DNA of 64,000 nucleotides, from the NCBI GenBank assembly GCA_050287085.1, contig JBNKBE010000009.1, positions 131,734 to 195,733 on the forward strand, written 5' to 3'. Positions within the stretch are counted from its first letter, which is position 1, and each line of letters starts with the position of its first letter. Below are positions 58,881 through 64,000 of the stretch, one piece after another. Below the pieces are notes generated by a model. That model saw only the letters and a program-made list of their open reading frames with translations. It had not been told where the DNA came from and did no database searches. The stretch is from Polyangiaceae bacterium (GTDB lineage Bacteria > Myxococcota_A > Polyangia > Polyangiales > Polyangiaceae). The translations under genes and the position numbers were made by a program.

Positions 58881-60310
58881 GGTTGTTGCTGAAGTCGCCT
58901 AGCTCCCGCGCGTCCTTCCTCGCGGCGACGCTGGTGCTCCTGGCTCCCGCCCCGCCAGTTCATGCTACGCCTGAGCCGGCTCTCACAGCTCAGGACTTCG
59001 CCTACGGCCGAAGCATTGAGCTGGAACAAGAAGGCGGCCTGCAGCACCTTCGCCTACCGTTAGAAGTGCTGGCAGCGCTGAGCCCCGCGCGTACTGAACT
59101 CCGCGTCTATAACGAAGAGCATAAGCTCGTTCCATATGCCTTGCGTGTGCTCGAAAACCCCGCACCTCGAGAGGTGGCCCACGCGGTGCTGCCTTTCTTT
59201 CCGGTGCGTACCACAAGCCCTGCGCCAAAGCTCGACTCGCGCCTCCTCACTTACCGCGGGCCCGACGGTACCCTGCTGAACGTGGAACTCGCCGGCGACC
59301 GCGCTGGCGACGCGACCAGCACTCCGCCGGAAGTCGCCTTCTACCTTCTAGACACAAGTCGCCTCACTGCGCCCGTGGCCCACCTGAGGTTCGAACTGTC
59401 CGCAGAGGCAACCACTTTCGTCTGGCCGATCACGCTGGAAGAGTCCAACGACCTTTCGACGTTCAGCCCGTTAACACGCGGTACATTGGCCCGCCTCAGG
59501 CACGGCAGAGAACAGATCGACGCGCTTGAACTTCCCCTGCCTCCGACGCGAGCCAAGTACTTGCGAATGAGCTGGAACGGTTCACCTCCAGCCGCCCTTC
59601 GCGAAGCCCATGCCCTCTTGGCGCCGCCGCGAGCTCCAGCTCCGACGCTGACCACCACCATCCCTGGTACGCTCTCGGCCGCTGACGGATACGTAGACTT
59701 CGACGCGCCCGCGAGCCTTACTACCCGCACGCTGCAGCTGCGCTTGCCGGTTGAAAACACGTTCGTCAAAGGCAAGCTGCTGGGCAAAAATGCGCCAGAA
59801 GATGAATATGTAGTGCTGGCGGCGGGGGTCTTCTACCGCTTGAAACAAGAGGGCGCCGACTTCACCTCGTCGCCGATAGCGCTCCGCCCACAGCGCGCTC
59901 TTCGCTACTTTCGTTTCGAGGTAGAATCCGAGGCTGGACGCGCGGCCCTCGATCCCGCTCCGTCCCTAGCCGTCTCCGCGGCAGTGGAGCAACTGCTCTT
60001 CGTGCCGCGAGGCAGCGGTCCCTTCCAACTTGCATACGGGCGCCATTCCGCCCCTCGAGCAAGTCTGAGCGCCAACGAGCTCACGCTCACGACTGGACCT
60101 GAAGGCATCGCCAGCGACGCCCCCGACACGGCAAAGCTCGGGCCGCGTCACGAGCTCGCAGGCGATGCCGCACTGCAGCCCCCTAGGCACTTTCCAACTC
60201 TCAAGATCGCCCTATGGAGCGCCCTCGTCGGCGCGCTCGCTTTGCTTGCCGCAATTACCTGGCACCTATGGAAGACGGTCAATTCTACTGACGTCAATCC
60301 AAAGACGTGA
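58877..60310 (+). CDS. DUF3999 family exported protein with C-terminal TM
   Basis: Signal peptide, QDFAY, LRVYN...VPYAL, LLFVPRGSGPFQLAYG; ATGA overlap with DUF2339. Confidence 0.8.
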   Translation: MRLLLKSPSSRASFLAATLVLLAPAPPVHATPEPALTAQDFAYGRSIELEQEGGLQHLRLPLEVLAALSPARTELRVYNEEHKLVPYALRVLENPAPREVAHAVLPFFPVRTTSPAPKLDSRLLTYRGPDGTLLNVELAGDRAGDATSTPPEVAFYLLDTSRLTAPVAHLRFELSAEATTFVWPITLEESNDLSTFSPLTRGTLARLRHGREQIDALELPLPPTRAKYLRMSWNGSPPAALREAHALLAPPRAPAPTLTTTIPGTLSAADGYVDFDAPASLTTRTLQLRLPVENTFVKGKLLGKNAPEDEYVVLAAGVFYRLKQEGADFTSSPIALRPQRALRYFRFEVESEAGRAALDPAPSLAVSAAVEQLLFVPRGSGPFQLAYGRHSAPRASLSANELTLTTGPEGIASDAPDTAKLGPRHELAGDAALQPPRHFPTLKIALWSALVGALALLAAITWHLWKTVNSTDVNPKT

Positions 60311-60360
60311 GGGCGCGAGCCCGCATGACTGGCCCAAGCGCGGGCCCTGAAGATCGGTTC

Positions 60361-62166
<1,806 letters not shown>

Positions 62167-62345
62167 AATGGCTCCAGATTTGGGTCTGCGCGCTTAGCGC
62201 ATTTTCACGGCAGACGAGAGCAGAGCTGGCCGCGGCGACAGTCGACCGGCTGACCTGGCCAGGGCTTCAGCCAGCGTAGCTGCAACGCAGAGGGCCCCGA
62301 ACCATTGCCTGACCCATTCGAGCCCAACGCCCGCTGGCGCCCAGC

Positions 62346-62374
62346 TTGACGCTCGCCCCCAGCCCCGTCATGCT
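62346..62374 (+). promoter_or_regulatory. Candidate sigma70 promoter of the argD leader; predicted +1 at the uORF ATG
   Basis: TTGACG(62346-51)-N17-CATGCT(62369-74)-N6-ATG(62381). Confidence 0.65.
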
Positions 62375-62380
62375 CTGGCC

Positions 62381-62542
62381 ATGACCCGATCGACCGACAT
62401 GCACGCCGTCGCCGCTCCCGAGCAGGCGCCGAACGCATGGGTTCCGGGGCTCGCTGTGAATGCTCAGATCTCGGCACGAGCCGCACGTCTTGCCGCGCGA
62501 CGCGCGCGGCAAGCGGCCCGAGCTGTGTTTGCTGTGTTCTAA
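62381..62542 (+). CDS. Putative Arg-rich leader peptide (53 aa) of argD
   Basis: MTRSTDMHAVAAPEQAPNAWVPGLAVNAQISARAARLAARRARQAARAVFAVF*; 6 Arg in 15 codons (62477-62521). Confidence 0.55.
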   Translation: MTRSTDMHAVAAPEQAPNAWVPGLAVNAQISARAARLAARRARQAARAVFAVF

Positions 62543-62637
62543 ACCAGTAGACCCACCAACGACAGGCCGCCCCTTTTCGGAGCGGCCTCGCCGGGCTCAT
62601 GTCGACCTGGCTGTCGCTCCCAACACCGGAGAACAGC
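62470..62637 (+). promoter_or_regulatory. Putative translational attenuator (alternative hairpins, SD sequestration)
   Basis: Hand-folded stems 62489-62513, 62564-62588 and 62610-62637, plus cross-pairings; see findings. Confidence 0.55.
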
Positions 62638-62639
62638 AA

Positions 62640-63857
62640 GTGATTGACGAAGAACGATACCTCATGCCCGTGTTGTCACGGCCACCGCTTGTCATGAGTC
62701 ATGGCCACGGCTCATGGCTCGTGGACGAGACCGGCCGCCAGTACCTAGACTTCGTGCAAGGCTGGGCGGTCAACACACTCGGGCACGCCCCGCCCGAGCT
62801 GGCGCAGGTGCTAACACACCAAGCCACGCGCCTGCTCAGTGCTAGCCCCGCCTACCTGACGCGCCCGCTGCTGCAGCTGGTCGAGCGTCTATGTCAGCTC
62901 ACCGGAATGGATCGAGCCTTCATCGCCAACAGTGGCGCCGAGGCTAACGATGCCGCGATAAAACTTGCTCGGAAGTGGGCACAGAAACACCGCCCGGGAG
63001 CCTACAAGGTGATCACCACACGCGGTGGCTTCCACGGCCGAACGCTTGCATGCGTAGCCGCGAGCGGCAAGACCGGTTGGGACGAGGCCTTTCCTCCGAT
63101 GCTGGAGGGCTTCGTAAAGGTGCCATTCGGCGATGCTGGGGCGGTTGAGGCCGCGCTGGACACCGACGTATGTGCCGTGATGGTGGAGCCTATCCAAGGA
63201 GAGGCCGGTGTCATTTTGCCTCCACGAGGGTACCTGCAAGCGCTGCGACAGCTAGCCGACGCCCATGGAGTGCTGCTGATCGTGGACGAAATCCAGACCG
63301 GGATCTGTCGGACGGGACCACTGCTGCGCAGTCAAGAAGAAGGGGTCCGACCCGACATCTTGACCTTGGGCAAAGGACTAGGCGGCGGCGTCCCGGTCGC
63401 GGCGCTGCTCTGCACCGAGAGGGCCAACGCCTTCGATCAAGGTGACCACGGCGGAACCTACGCTGGAAACCCGTTCGTCGCCGTCGCAGCTTCCCGAGTC
63501 TTAGACATCGTGGGGACTACTGAGTTTCAGAGGGGGGTTGTTGGCGCGGGCCAGCGACTCGAAAGCGCGCTTCACGGCTTGTCGGAGGCTCACCCAGGTC
63601 TGATCCGAAACATTCGCGGGGCGGGTCTGCTTTGGGCTTGCGACTTGCGGGAGCCAGTAGCTCCCGAAGTGCGCGATACGGCTCTGGAGGAGGCGGCGCT
63701 GCTCATCAACGCGCCGGGCCCCCACACGCTCCGTTTCATGCCTCAGCTGCGAGTATGCGACGAAGAAGTCGACGAGTTCGCACGGCGCATGAACACCTGT
63801 CTGGCACCTTTTTCGCGCTCCTATCGCACGGGTGCCTTGGAACGAACGCGCAGGTAA
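62640..63857 (+). CDS. argD: Acetylornithine aminotransferase (class III PLP)
   Basis: YLDFVQGWAVNTLGH, NSGAEAND, FHGRT, EPIQGEAG, DEIQTG, LGKGLGGG, HGGTYAGNP; GTG start with SD GGAG. Confidence 0.92.
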   Translation: MIDEERYLMPVLSRPPLVMSHGHGSWLVDETGRQYLDFVQGWAVNTLGHAPPELAQVLTHQATRLLSASPAYLTRPLLQLVERLCQLTGMDRAFIANSGAEANDAAIKLARKWAQKHRPGAYKVITTRGGFHGRTLACVAASGKTGWDEAFPPMLEGFVKVPFGDAGAVEAALDTDVCAVMVEPIQGEAGVILPPRGYLQALRQLADAHGVLLIVDEIQTGICRTGPLLRSQEEGVRPDILTLGKGLGGGVPVAALLCTERANAFDQGDHGGTYAGNPFVAVAASRVLDIVGTTEFQRGVVGAGQRLESALHGLSEAHPGLIRNIRGAGLLWACDLREPVAPEVRDTALEEAALLINAPGPHTLRFMPQLRVCDEEVDEFARRMNTCLAPFSRSYRTGALERTRR

Positions 63858-63871
63858 GAATCTCCGGGTAG

Positions 63872-63907
63872 CGCCGCCGCTCAAGGGTTAACCTCGAGGC
63901 GGCGGCG
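63872..63907. terminator. GC-rich hairpin after argD, possible terminator
   Basis: CGCCGCCGC/GCGGCGGCG 9-bp stem; no U-tract on the plus strand. Confidence 0.45.
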
Positions 63908-64000
63908 ACGGGAAAAAGGCGTAAATCAAGAGAGAGTGAGACAAGCGGCCTCATCGACGTCCGCAACGGAGGGCTTGCGTCCGCTCTTGCGCGGTCATGG

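Noticed and set aside
62437..62550. Alternative Cys-rich uORF (MGSGARCEC...SCVCCVLNQ)
   Set aside because: No SD or promoter coupling, and Cys has no link to ArgD; the Arg-rich frame starts at the predicted +1
62460..62639. 60-aa N-terminal extension of ArgD
   Set aside because: Not aminotransferase-like; SD plus GTG at 62640 fits the family length

Overview
GC-rich bacterial chromosomal window, most consistent with Myxococcota (Polyangiales-like). This is inferred from Hanks-type Ser/Thr kinases with Pro-rich linkers, Sel1/TPR lipoproteins, REC-PilZ and STAS/SEC14-like proteins, and a FliA-like sigma factor with no flagellar genes nearby. It holds about 50 CDS. Housekeeping genes: cca, ftsH, tilS, mnmA, lipB, ihfB-like, typA, argD, lolC/E. 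Accessory genes: a CzcCBA-type heavy-metal RND pump, a hemerythrin followed by a CheA-like kinase (missed by the ORF track because it runs off the left edge), a CPBP-NfeD-SPFH-SPFH operon, two GT-C glycosyltransferases, DUF2339/DUF3999 and several signalling proteins. I found no tRNA, rRNA, CRISPR array or mobile element. The best candidate for an undescribed system is upstream of argD: a promoter-coupled, leaderless Arg-rich uORF (62381-62542) followed by mutually exclusive hairpins that end in a stem sequestering the argD Shine-Dalgarno, i.e. a putative arginine-sensing translational attenuator. Other highlights are an ABC-2-like operon whose ATPase has lost its catalytic motifs, an orphan FliA-like sigma plus T3SS inner-rod-like gene pair, a small Cys-rich protein between a C-type mnmA and tilS, a stand-alone GlnD-type ACT-ACT protein, and repeated leaderless gene starts. 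All calls come from manual motif reading and hand folding; no database search or folding program was run.
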